Shown: one piece after another, positions 52,658 through 61,724 of the stretch
Position numbering within the stretch: position 1 is the first letter of the stretch
How the letters are laid out: each line of letters starts with the position of its first letter
NCBI GenBank assembly: GCA_965226495.1
Contig: OZ245365.1
Span: 2,816,001-2,880,000, forward strand
Direction of reading: 5' to 3'
DNA from: Candidatus Marinacidobacterales bacterium
Lineage (GTDB): Bacteria > Acidobacteriota > Vicinamibacteria > Marinacidobacterales > DATDRI01
DNA length: 64,000 nt
Position numbers and translations under genes: made by a program
Notes under the pieces: generated by a model
Seen by the model: only the letters and a program-made list of their open reading frames with translations
Database searches by the model: none
Told to the model about the DNA's origin: nothing

Positions 52658-52726
52658 GTGATTCATTTCCAACACTACGTGTAACCTACTCTGGTTAAAT
52701 GGTTTCAAGTGGGTCGACCGTGGCAC
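52658..52726. promoter_or_regulatory. Two putative enhancer (UAS) sites for the sigma54 activator
   Basis: GTGATTCATTTCCAACAC (52658-52675) and GTGGGTCGACCGTGGCAC (52709-52726); same GTG-N2-TCR-N7-CAC pattern as at 55759 and 55798. Confidence 0.5.
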
Positions 52727-52909
52727 CGGGCGAATGTCGTCTGTCTTTATAACCCGTTATAAACAAATGGTATAAGTCCGAAACCGAAATAGAAGGACAA
52801 GGGTTGCTTGTTTTCACGCAGTTCTGGTATGGTAGTGTGTCAGCAGGTCAGCAGGGATAAGTCGTTTCCCTACCTGATTTTCTGGCGGAAGGACTTGTTC
52901 CGTATCGTG

Positions 52910-52925
52910 TGGCACAAGCTTAGCA
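52910..52925 (+). promoter_or_regulatory. sigma54-like promoter of the two-component operon
   Basis: TGGCACAAGCTTAGCA: GG-N10-GC spacing, one mismatch in the -12 element; ~40 bp before the kinase start. Confidence 0.65.
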
Positions 52926-52967
52926 AGTGAATCGTAGCGTGGACCAGAAGGGAACCGGTCTAGAGTA

Positions 52968-54056
52968 ATGACTGCAACGACGACTAGCAGGATTCGAATC
53001 CTCGTCCTCGGCGCCTCGGTAGGGCTCATCACGATCGCGCATCACGTCACGCCATTGGAGTTTGGCTCGTTTCACAACGTGTATCAGCGGCTCTACTACC
53101 TCCCCATTTTTGCGGGAGGCTACTGGTTCGGCGTGCGAGGAGCACTTGCCGTCTCTATTCTCTCTGCGGCCAGCTACCTCCCCCACATCATCTTGGACTG
53201 GGCCGAGCACCCGGCGTACCGTGAGGCACAATACGCAGAGCTTTTGATGTTTCAGGTCGTGGGGCTCGTCGTCGGCACGCTGGTCGAGGCAGAGAGGCGG
53301 CAACGCGCGCGACAGGAGAGGACTGCGAGGGAGCTCGCAGACGCCTACGGACAACTGCGAGAGAGTTTCGAACAACTTCGCCGAGCCGACCGGCTAACCG
53401 CCCTTGGCGAGCTTTCCGCGGGTCTCGCCCACGAGATCAAGAACCCGTTAGCATCCATGAAAGGGTCTCTCGAAATCTTGGCCTCTGATTTTCCTCCTGG
53501 ACATGAAAAGCGTGAGTTCCTCGAGATCTTCGATAAAGAACTCGATCGCCTCAACGGAGTCTTGAGCGAGTTTCTACAATTCGCCCGCCCTCCACGCCCC
53601 GATCGGCGGCTTTGCCAATTGAACGATGTGATGGACTCGCTCACGGTGCTCTGCTCCAAAGAAGCCGCCAAGCGGGGCGTACGTATTGAGATTTCTTGTC
53701 CCCAGGACCTACCCGAGCTCCCTCTCGACGCAGGCCAAATTCAGCAGGCGCTTCTCAACATCGTGCTGAATGGTATCCAAGCCATGCCGTCGGGCGGCTG
53801 CCTGAACATCCATGTGACGGAGTCGGCCGCGAGCGTGCGCGTTCGGATTCGGGATGAGGGCCCCGGCATCACCGCGGCAGACCGCACCCGGATTTTCGAT
53901 CCCTTCTTCACAACCAAGGACGGTGGAACGGGTCTTGGCATGGCCATCGCGCACAAGCTCATACATGGGCATGGGGGTGAGATCCAGCTTCTCGATCAGG
54001 AGGGGCCCGGTGCCACCTTCCTCATTGTCCTTCCCATCGGGAGCTCTCACCAGTGA
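52968..54056 (+). CDS. Sensor histidine kinase with short His-rich membrane domain
   Basis: 'IAHH...FHNVYQRLYYLPI...SYLPH'; H-box 'AGLAHEIKNPL'; 'QALLNIVLNG', 'FDPFFTTK.GGTGLG'. Confidence 0.9.
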   Translation: MTATTTSRIRILVLGASVGLITIAHHVTPLEFGSFHNVYQRLYYLPIFAGGYWFGVRGALAVSILSAASYLPHIILDWAEHPAYREAQYAELLMFQVVGLVVGTLVEAERRQRARQERTARELADAYGQLRESFEQLRRADRLTALGELSAGLAHEIKNPLASMKGSLEILASDFPPGHEKREFLEIFDKELDRLNGVLSEFLQFARPPRPDRRLCQLNDVMDSLTVLCSKEAAKRGVRIEISCPQDLPELPLDAGQIQQALLNIVLNGIQAMPSGGCLNIHVTESAASVRVRIRDEGPGITAADRTRIFDPFFTTKDGGTGLGMAIAHKLIHGHGGEIQLLDQEGPGATFLIVLPIGSSHQ

Positions 54057-55468
54057 CCGAAAAAATCCTCATCGTCGACGACGACGCAAGCTTCCGTCGA
54101 GTCGTCGACTTCACCCTGCAAGAGGAAGGATACCAAACGGAGTCAGCCACGAACGGAACCGAGGCATTACGCAAATTCTCAGAGTCTGATTTCTCGCTGG
54201 TACTGACAGACGTGCTCATGCCGAAGTTGGGCGGGCTCGAGCTCCTTCGAAGAACCCAGGCGATTGCCCGCGAGGTGCCGGTCATCGTCGTGACGGCGCA
54301 CGCTGCGGTGGACGACGCGGTCCAGGCAATGCGGGAAGGCGCGTTCGACTACATCGTGAAACCGGTGAACCGCGATGAACTAAAGCTGGTTGTCCGCAAG
54401 GCCCTCGACCTTAAGGCTTTGATCCACGAAAACCGCTGGCTTCGGCAGGCGGTCTCAGAACGCTTCGAGCTAGAGAACATGATCGGCGGCTCGGAGCGCA
54501 TTCAGAAGGTATTCCAAATATCCGCTCAGGCGGCTCGGGTTGACTCTACGGTGCTGATCCTCGGTGAGAGCGGAACTGGTAAGGAATTACTTGCCAAGGC
54601 AATCCACTTCAACGGCCCGCGAAAGAACAGGCCCTTTGTCGCCATCAATTCAGCCGCCATTCCAGAAACACTCCTGGAGTCCGAGCTCTTCGGCCACACT
54701 CGAGGCTCCTTCACCGGAGCAGTCGCAGAACGGAAAGGTAAGATTGAGATGGCCGAGGGAGGCACGGTTTTCCTCGACGAAGTGGGCGATTTGCCTCCCC
54801 AAACCCAGGTCAAGTTGCTGCGTCTGTTGCAAGAGAAGGAAATCGACAAGATCGGCACCGCGAGACCGCAAAAAGTGGACGTGCGCATCATTGCAGCTAC
54901 CCATCGTGATCTTGAAACGTTCATCCGCGAGGACAAATTCCGGGAAGATCTCTACTACCGTTTAAGTGTTATCCCCATCCAACTTCCCCCGCTCCGTGAA
55001 CGTCGTGAGGATATTCCGCTTCTCGCCGATCACTTCTTGAAGAAGTACGCACGGAAGTTCGGCAAGAAGGTGACGCTGGAACGAAAGGCATTCAAGATCC
55101 TCGACGCTTACCCGTGGCCTGGCAACATCAGGGAGCTTGAAAACCTCATGGAGAGGCTTGCTGCCCTCCACCAAGAAGGCGTCGTCACTCCGGACGACCT
55201 ACCCGACTTCGTTCTCACCAACGCGTCTAAGGTCGGCGATGTTCTCGTCAACATCCCACCTGGAGGCGTCGACCTCGAGCAAGTCGAGCGGGATCTTATT
55301 CGCGAAGCTCTGGAGAGGAATGATTGGAATCAGTCTCGCGCCGCGCGCTTCCTAAGGATCAGCCGGAATACGCTCATCTACCGAATGCAAAAGTATGACC
55401 TCACCGCTCCGGATGGACCGAGCTCGGACCCATCCGGTAACCTGGCCCGTCGACAATCGTCAAACTAA
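54053..55468 (+). CDS. sigma54-dependent response regulator (NtrC/ZraR type)
   Basis: Receiver 'ILIVDDD...TDV.MP'; 'GESGTGKE', 'ESELFGH..GSFTGA', 'FLDEVG', 'FREDLYYRL', 'WPGNIREL'; Fis-type HTH. Confidence 0.95.
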   Translation: MTEKILIVDDDASFRRVVDFTLQEEGYQTESATNGTEALRKFSESDFSLVLTDVLMPKLGGLELLRRTQAIAREVPVIVVTAHAAVDDAVQAMREGAFDYIVKPVNRDELKLVVRKALDLKALIHENRWLRQAVSERFELENMIGGSERIQKVFQISAQAARVDSTVLILGESGTGKELLAKAIHFNGPRKNRPFVAINSAAIPETLLESELFGHTRGSFTGAVAERKGKIEMAEGGTVFLDEVGDLPPQTQVKLLRLLQEKEIDKIGTARPQKVDVRIIAATHRDLETFIREDKFREDLYYRLSVIPIQLPPLRERREDIPLLADHFLKKYARKFGKKVTLERKAFKILDAYPWPGNIRELENLMERLAALHQEGVVTPDDLPDFVLTNASKVGDVLVNIPPGGVDLEQVERDLIREALERNDWNQSRAARFLRISRNTLIYRMQKYDLTAPDGPSSDPSGNLARRQSSN

Positions 55469-55580
55469 CCGCGAAAGCGAAGACTCTGCCTCGTCCGTCA
55501 CGACTCACTCTTGGCTGAGTCACCGAATCTCGCAATCTAAGCTGGAAACTGACGACGTCTGATGATGAGTTGCCGCGGGC

Positions 55581-55733
55581 CGTAGACTCCCGGTGATCGA
55601 CGAGGAGCGCCTTGCCAAACCAATGGGCCATGTAGTCAATCTCATCTCGGTCGACGACCTGCTCACTTTGTTCATCACCGAGCTTTCCAACGCTGCGGCC
55701 GCTATAGCCGGCGCTTCCAGGTTGGTCAAGTAA
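55581..55733 (+). pseudogene. CBS-domain C-terminal remnant
   Basis: Reads RRLPVIDE...VVNLISVDDLL.LFITELSN..*, with no start codon or N-terminal half. Confidence 0.5.
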
Positions 55734-55758
55734 CAGCCTGAAGAACGAAGCTCGCAGC

Positions 55759-55894
55759 GTGCGTCATTTCGCGCACTTCGTTCCGCCGGATTTGCAGGTG
55801 CGTCAAATCCCTCACCCGCGAAACCAAGGGATCCTATCTAAATATATATTTAACAGGTGGTTAGAGAATATCGACAGAGTGGCAATGGAGGGGC
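55759..55894 (+). promoter_or_regulatory. Orphan sigma54-type regulatory region (two UAS-like sites, AT-rich IHF-like tract, weak -24/-12)
   Basis: GTGCGTCATTTCGCGCAC (55759-55776), GTGCGTCAAATCCCTCAC (55798-55815), ATATATATTTAACAGGTGGTTAG, TGGCAATGGAGGGGC (55880-55894). Confidence 0.45.
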
Positions 55895-55960
55895 CGGCAT
55901 TTCGAGATGGGTGATGGTTGCGACTATGATGATGGACGGTGCCGGGGTTTCGTCGTGGGC

Positions 55961-56392
55961 TCAATGGGTAGCCAGAGAGAGCTGTCCGGGCTCTGGCATT
56001 TCGAACGCCGGCGAATGGCCCGGGAGGCCGCTACCATGACAGACACGGCATGTCCGTTCGCTTGGCTCTATCAAACCTGCATCGCGGACTTTGTCGGGGT
56101 CGATCATGACTTCAGCGGGCGAGTAGTCGGCGCCAGCACCATGACAAGACTCGCATTGCACTCCGGGGAAAGCCGCCGACCCAGTGCTGTGACAACGAAG
56201 GCAACTCGGAGAGGGACTCTCGACGCCGAGGCTATCCGTAGCCCGGGCGTGCGTGGTCGAGCGCCAACTCACATAGGTCGAACGGTGACAGAGCTTGCAG
56301 CGCTCCGCCCCAATGAAGGCGGGCTCGCCGACGCCCAAGAACAGGAAGGAAGCCAACAGGGCGAGGCAACGATTAGTGAAAGCATTCAACAT
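55961..56392 (-). CDS. Small tetraheme c-type cytochrome (c554-like)
   Basis: Signal peptide; four CxxCH motifs (CKLCH, CLRCH, CESCH, CRVCH); 'FIGAERC..CH...Y.SW..T.HA', 'GVQCESCHGAG'. Confidence 0.8.
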   Translation of the reverse strand: MLNAFTNRCLALLASFLFLGVGEPAFIGAERCKLCHRSTYVSWRSTTHARATDSLGVESPSPSCLRCHSTGSAAFPGVQCESCHGAGADYSPAEVMIDPDKVRDAGLIEPSERTCRVCHGSGLPGHSPAFEMPEPGQLSLATH

Positions 56393-56588
56393 CCTTTTCT
56401 TTGTGATCGAATAGCACGGCCGAACCCGGGACGTCAAGGCGTCGACTCACCCCACGAGGGTCGCCCAGACCATCTTCGTCGTTCTCGGTGAGCACAAAAC
56501 TCCCTAATCGGAAAACTCCGCTACCGCTGGCCATGTCGTTCACTCTAGGCGAGGAACGGCATGGAAATCAAAGGCGTCACCCACAAGA

Positions 56589-57045
56589 CTTACCGGTTTG
56601 TCCAATCGGCGTCACATGGAGGACAGGCTGATCGAGGAGATCGCGCGCGCTTCCCGACACCGTCAGCTGGTGTCGCTCCTGTCTATCGATCTCGACGGCC
56701 TCAAAGAAATCAACGATCTTAATGGACACGAGGCGGGCGACATAGCCCTGAGAGCGGTGGCAGATAGCCTACGGAAGGGCTGCCGCATCTCGGACGTCGC
56801 GACGAGACGAATTCGCAGTACTGGCACCGCTCACCGCGGCATCCAAAGCGCTGACCTTGGCGGTGCGAATTCGAACCGCGCTCAAGGAGCACTCTGCCGG
56901 AGTACCGCTCTCGGTGTCGATAGGAGTCACCAATAATAGGGATGGGTCGGTGACACAGCCAGAGACACTCTACGCCACCGCAGACAAGGCGCTCTATACA
57001 GCCAAGGAGGGAGGAAAAGACAGGGCGGTCTATGTCGCGAGCTGA
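56589..57045 (+). pseudogene. GGDEF diguanylate cyclase remnant; active-site GG deleted, frameshifted
   Basis: 'LTGLSNRR', 'IDLDGLKEINDLNGHEAGD..L'; 'DVAT' is joined out of frame to 'DEFAVL...SVSIG...ADKALY.AK..GK'. Confidence 0.8.
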
Positions 57046-57046
57046 T

Positions 57047-58391
57047 CTACTCCGGCCTCTCCCCTAGCACGACGTCCACGTTCATCGACTGACCGTCGCG
57101 CAACACCGTCAGCGTCACGGTCTCACCCACGCGAGTCTCGGTCTCGAGATAGACGTTGACGCCACGGTAGTCCTTGACCGGCTCTCCGTTGACTCCGGCC
57201 TCTCCCCTGACCGTCGCGCAACACCGTCAGCGTCACGGTCTCACCCACGCGAGTCTCGGTCTCGAGATAGACGTTGACGCCACGGTAGTCCTTGACCGGC
57301 TCTCCGTTGATAGCGGCGATGACGTCACCGCCGATGGGCACCCTCACGTTTCCCAATCTCACCACCTGACGCCCACCCCGTAGCCCCGCCCCGGCGGCCG
57401 GCCCCCGTCGAACCACTTCCGCGATCAACACGCCCCCATCGGGTGGAATCATGGCGCCGACTCGATTCAGCACCTCGGCATGTGCGGGGCCAAGGTCCAT
57501 CAAAGTGATGCCGAGCCAGGGGTGCGGGTAGCGGCCGCGGGCGATGAGCTCTGGCACGACGCGCGTTACGGTAGTCGTTGGAATGGCGAAGCCGATCCCG
57601 GCCGACGCACGGCTCGGGCTATAGATCATGCTGTTCACGCCGATCACCTTTCCTGACAGGTCCAAAAGGGGTCCCCCCGAGTTGCCAGGATTGATCGCCG
57701 CATCGGTCTGAATGATCTCCCCTATGAAACTATAGCGCCCGCCTGGGCTCTGGATGATCCTCCCCAGCGAACTCACGACCCCGGTCGTAAGTGTGCGATC
57801 GAGACCGAAAGGATTGCCGATGGCAACCACGATGCGACCCACCCGAAGCTCATCTGAATCACCAAGACGGAGGACGTGCAAGCGCTCGGGCCTGACGTCG
57901 ACTCTCACGACGGCGAGATCGTTCCAAGGGTCGGCGCCGGCTATTTGTGCGCGAACGACGGAACCATCCGGAAAGGTGACATAGAGCTCGTCGGCCCGTT
58001 CCACGACGTGATAGTTCGTGACGATATGTCCGGCCGTGTCCCAAACGAACCCTGAACCCGAGCCTTCTTGCGGAATGACGTTCCGAAAAAAGTCGTAGGA
58101 AATCGATCGGCTGGTAATGTTAACGACCCCTGGGCTGGCGTTCTCATAGACCGCGATGACCTTGACCTCGAGATCATGAAGGCCGTCCGCGGTAGCTGCC
58201 GGGCTCGCACGCGACTGCATGCGCGCGGGCACGACGACCATCGACGCATTTTGGGCTTCGGGCTCAACGGTTGCAGCCGCGTCAGGACCATCAGGGGCGC
58301 TCGCGGGCTCCTGCCACTGACAAGCAAGGCCACCTGCCCAGAAGAGCAAGTACAAAACGGCGGCGCCTGACCGCACCCGTGAAACTCTCAT
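57047..58391 (-). CDS. HtrA/DegP-like trypsin serine protease with PDZ domain; 3' end scrambled by a duplication
   Basis: Lipobox-like 'GLAC'; 'GSGSGF', 'TNYHVV', 'NDLAV', 'IQTDAAINPGNSGGPL'; native-looking C-terminus 'VLRDGQSMNVDVVLGERPE*' lies in the distal duplicate copy. Confidence 0.85.
57089..57310. repeat. 104-bp direct duplication (57089-57192 = 57207-57310) with a 14-bp spacer copied from 57050-57063
   Basis: Identical CTGACCGTCGCG...CTCTCCGTTGA present twice. Confidence 0.95.
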
Positions 58392-58478
58392 TGATCTCCC
58401 TGGCTCATCTCAGCAGCCGATCCAAACGCGCGTAGAGTAGCATAGGGGGGATGTGGGAGAAGGACGAAGAGCGTTCTG

Positions 58479-58533
58479 CCCTCACCCAGGCCCTCTCCCA
58501 GAGGGAGAGGGATTAATGGATGACGAGTCTTTT
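58479..58533 (+). repeat. ~56-bp boxC-like repeat, copy D
   Basis: CCCTCACCCAGGCCCTCTCCCAGAGGGAGAGGG-ATTAAT-GGATGACGAGTCTTTT. Confidence 0.8.
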
Positions 58534-58891
58534 ATTAGCCGCTACGAATCGTCAGCACTGGGCATTCCGCCGCGCGGATCACATGCTAAGCGATGTTATC
58601 GCTCGATTACCTTCACCCTCCTACCTTCGATAGTGCATGCTCCGTACCAGACTAGGGCGAAAGAGGTTCTGCAGCAATAGCCCTAACTCCCTAACAGGAA
58701 ACACATCGAGCTCCTGCGCATTGGGCGGATTGTGTTCGGCCCTCCGGGTTGGGCCAAAACCCGCAGCCATCTGTGCGACAGGGCCCGCCCCACGACTGGA
58801 GACTCGCACGACAAAAGGCATTTGAACGAGCTTCTTCATTCCGCTACATTCTGGCCAACTTCAAATGAAGGAAAGGAGCTTGTTCAGACAA

Positions 58892-59869
58892 ATGAAATCA
58901 CTAATTGTAGGAATATCGATACTCGTTGCGTCGGTGGAAGTGTTCAGCCAGGAGCGACCTGAAACCGCCCAGTACCGTGGGCCGGCGGGTGACGCCGAAG
59001 ATCTGAGATTCGTCCATGTAAACGGCGTTCGCTTGGCCTACCGAATGGAAGGCGCCGGCTTCCCGGTCATCTTCGTCCACGGGGAAGGTTACTCTCATGA
59101 GCTTTGGACGGAGCAGATCGAGGCTTTCCGGCAAAAGCACCTTTTTCTCAGCTACGACCGTCGCGGGCACGGACAGTCCGAAGACCCGATTACCGGGTAC
59201 TCCGAAATCGCTCATGCCGAAGACCTGAAGGCACTGATGGCCCATTTCGGAATGAGAGAGGCGCATTTCGTGGTGAACTCCCGGGGAGGTGCTGTCATCA
59301 TGCAGTTCCTGCGTATCTACCCGGAGAGAGTCCGAAGCATCACTTTTGCGGACGCCACCATCGCCTTGGCCGAGATCTCGGCTGCCTTCAAACCAGTTGT
59401 CGAACGGATGAAAGAGCCGCCCCCCGCGCTCGAAGATGCCCTCAAGGGCCGCGAAGGAGCCAAGAAATCGTCCTTCACGGAGGTGGCTCAATCCAAGGAA
59501 GGGACGCGAGACGTTCTCGAGAGGATGGTCGATCAGTACAGCCCACGCGTCGCCATGAATCCACAAAGATCCGACATGCTAGCCGCGACCCACATCGGCC
59601 CCTGGAACCAGCGAGATTTTCCGGACATGTCGAAGATCTATCAACCGATGCTCTTGGTGGTGGGCGAGCTCACGGATATTTTCTTCATCGAAGGGGCCAA
59701 GGAGGCTCACCGTCTCTGGCCCAATACCCGTTACCACATGATTCCGGGAACGGATCACCTTCTCGCGCTCGAGATGCCGGACGTCTTCAATTCTTTGGTG
59801 CTCGACTTCCTCGCCGACGTGGACGCGCAAGTTGCGGCCCGTGACGAATGGGTGGGACAGGTTCCCTAG
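58892..59869 (+). CDS. Secreted alpha/beta hydrolase
   Basis: Signal peptide; 'VIFVHGEG', 'YDRRGHGQS', 'VNSRGG', 'YPERV', 'GELTD', 'PGTDHL'. Confidence 0.8.
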   Translation: MKSLIVGISILVASVEVFSQERPETAQYRGPAGDAEDLRFVHVNGVRLAYRMEGAGFPVIFVHGEGYSHELWTEQIEAFRQKHLFLSYDRRGHGQSEDPITGYSEIAHAEDLKALMAHFGMREAHFVVNSRGGAVIMQFLRIYPERVRSITFADATIALAEISAAFKPVVERMKEPPPALEDALKGREGAKKSSFTEVAQSKEGTRDVLERMVDQYSPRVAMNPQRSDMLAATHIGPWNQRDFPDMSKIYQPMLLVVGELTDIFFIEGAKEAHRLWPNTRYHMIPGTDHLLALEMPDVFNSLVLDFLADVDAQVAARDEWVGQVP

Positions 59870-60714
59870 TGATTGGCGGTGGACTTCGTGATGGCTTCGA
59901 CCGTCTGGTTGGCTCTCATCTCGATGATCTCTTTCCCGATACGGATCGTTTTCTCGGGCGGGCCCATATCGACGCCGTTGATGACGAACAGCTTCTTGTC
60001 TAGGCGCTGCTGCATGCGAACGAGCTCCGGGTCGACTGCCATCAAGATGGAACTGATCCCGTACTCGTCGTGGATCCCCTCGAACTCTTGTTCGATCCCC
60101 TGATCCTCCACGAACTTCAGCACGCCGGGATAGTCGTAGTACTCTGGGATGTAGTGAACGCGGGGGCTCCCCTCCCAGTCCGCATTTAACCTCGTCGCAA
60201 CCTCTTTCATGCCTTCTTGGTTCCCGCCGCTATCACCGATCAAGACGATGTCTTGGAAGCCGTGCGGCTTGAAGCTGGAGCACACGTCAACCAACACGTT
60301 TCGGAAAGTCTCTTCCCGTAAGCTGACGGTGCCCGGGTACCGCATCGATCTGCTCGGGGGATCGTGATCTCCCTCGGGCACAAGCTTGATGATCGGGGCG
60401 ACTAGGGCGTTTCCCAGCTTACGCGCAATGACCTCGGTGATGGCCCCTAGAATGTAGTTGTGCTTTCCCGTCACCACGTAGGGTCCATTCTGCTCGACGC
60501 CTCCCGTTGCGACGATGACCGTCGTCTTCCCTCCGCGGATCGCATCCCGCACTTCGAGCCAGGTCATCTCCTCAATGAAAACGGTATCGAGGGCGTCGAT
60601 CGGCCTAGGCTTGTCGGGGTCGGGAGGAACGACTCGTTGCGCGTCAAGGCGCAGCGGATTCGCGAAGATCAGCGAGACTCCCAGAACCAGCGCCCACCGG
60701 ATTGAGAGATTCAT
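59866..60714 (-). CDS. Creatininase-family amidohydrolase with signal peptide
   Basis: 'EEMTW.EV', 'TGGVEQNGP', 'YPGTVSL', 'IVLIGDSGGN', 'GIHD'. Confidence 0.85.
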   Translation of the reverse strand: MNLSIRWALVLGVSLIFANPLRLDAQRVVPPDPDKPRPIDALDTVFIEEMTWLEVRDAIRGGKTTVIVATGGVEQNGPYVVTGKHNYILGAITEVIARKLGNALVAPIIKLVPEGDHDPPSRSMRYPGTVSLREETFRNVLVDVCSSFKPHGFQDIVLIGDSGGNQEGMKEVATRLNADWEGSPRVHYIPEYYDYPGVLKFVEDQGIEQEFEGIHDEYGISSILMAVDPELVRMQQRLDKKLFVINGVDMGPPEKTIRIGKEIIEMRANQTVEAITKSTANH

Positions 60715-60793
60715 TTCGGCCTCCTCTCGGAGTGCCATATTAAACCCATCCGCCCGGAAGCGATACGATCAACCGAAACGAAGTAACGGAGGG

Positions 60794-61516
60794 TTAGGCG
60801 GTGAGACGGTCGGCGGCCGCCAAGACAAGTCCGCCTTGCTCTTCCAGCGTGACGATGCCGCTCACCAGAAATCCGAGCAGGGCCCGCGCCGTGGTTTCCT
60901 CTGGGAGAGGACTGAGAGTGAAGACAGAGCGGATCGGGTCCTGCCCGTCCACTCTGGAGAGGATGAAGGCCTCCTCCGACGAGAGTTTGAAATCACCCAA
61001 CTCGCTGGACGCTTCGGTGTTCAACACGCACCTTCGCTCGTCAGCCAACATCTCCTCGACATGGCGCTCGATATTGGGAGTGAGCCGGGCGGCCGCCATG
61101 ATGACCTCGGCCACCGTTATCGGCGTGTCGGTGACCACCTGGACGTCCTGCAGATTCTTGAAACTTACCCGCTGAGGTGGTTTCACCAAGACCGCCCCCG
61201 CGAGCTCTTGCACCTGCAGGCGAACGACCTCGGGAATCTCTTCGTGTTTGATGACTCCAAGGTCGGCGAGGGCTTCGCCGAGCCGTTTGCCGTGCCGGAC
61301 GAAGATGGACGCGTCCTTCAGATGCGCCTCGGTGATCCTTCCCTGCCGCACCATGACTTCTCCGAGCCGGTCGTCATCGCAGTTAGACGTCGCGGATACG
61401 ATGCGGCCGCCTTGGAACAAGACGGCGCGTTGAGCCTGGTCGGTGTTGTAGTCGAACGAACCGGTCCGGCTCTCGGTGGCGATCTTCTTGTAGGCCTCGA
61501 CTATTTTTCGGTTCAA
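60794..61516 (-). CDS. DUF4388-domain protein with tandem MshEN-like motifs (possibly C-terminally truncated)
   Basis: 'FQGGRIVSATSN', 'RLGEVMVRQGRIT', 'RLGEALADLGVI', 'LSSEEAFILSRVDG'. Confidence 0.7.
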   Translation of the reverse strand: MNRKIVEAYKKIATESRTGSFDYNTDQAQRAVLFQGGRIVSATSNCDDDRLGEVMVRQGRITEAHLKDASIFVRHGKRLGEALADLGVIKHEEIPEVVRLQVQELAGAVLVKPPQRVSFKNLQDVQVVTDTPITVAEVIMAAARLTPNIERHVEEMLADERRCVLNTEASSELGDFKLSSEEAFILSRVDGQDPIRSVFTLSPLPEETTARALLGFLVSGIVTLEEQGGLVLAAADRLTA

Positions 61517-61724
61517 GATCGTTCCCGTTCAGATCTGACGTCAGACGCCTGCGCAGTATAGTACGTTGCGCTACTCTATTTTGCGACAAAGATCGCATAT
61601 GCGTAGTGATCTAGGATACGTCCTTTTCCACAACCCTGGGGGCATTTCCCTTCGCTACCGTCTGGCTCTGTGGATAGTGGCGGTCAGCAGGGCCGCGCCG
61701 TAGCACCCTTTAGCGGCGGCCCTT

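Noticed and set aside
58621-58839. 72-aa ORF between htrA and the hydrolase
   Set aside because: No RBS or recognisable motif; coding status unsupported.
61624-61677. Two DnaA-box-like 9-mers (TTTTCCACA, TGTGGATAG)
   Set aside because: Only two boxes, no unwinding element or origin-linked genes; not an oriC.
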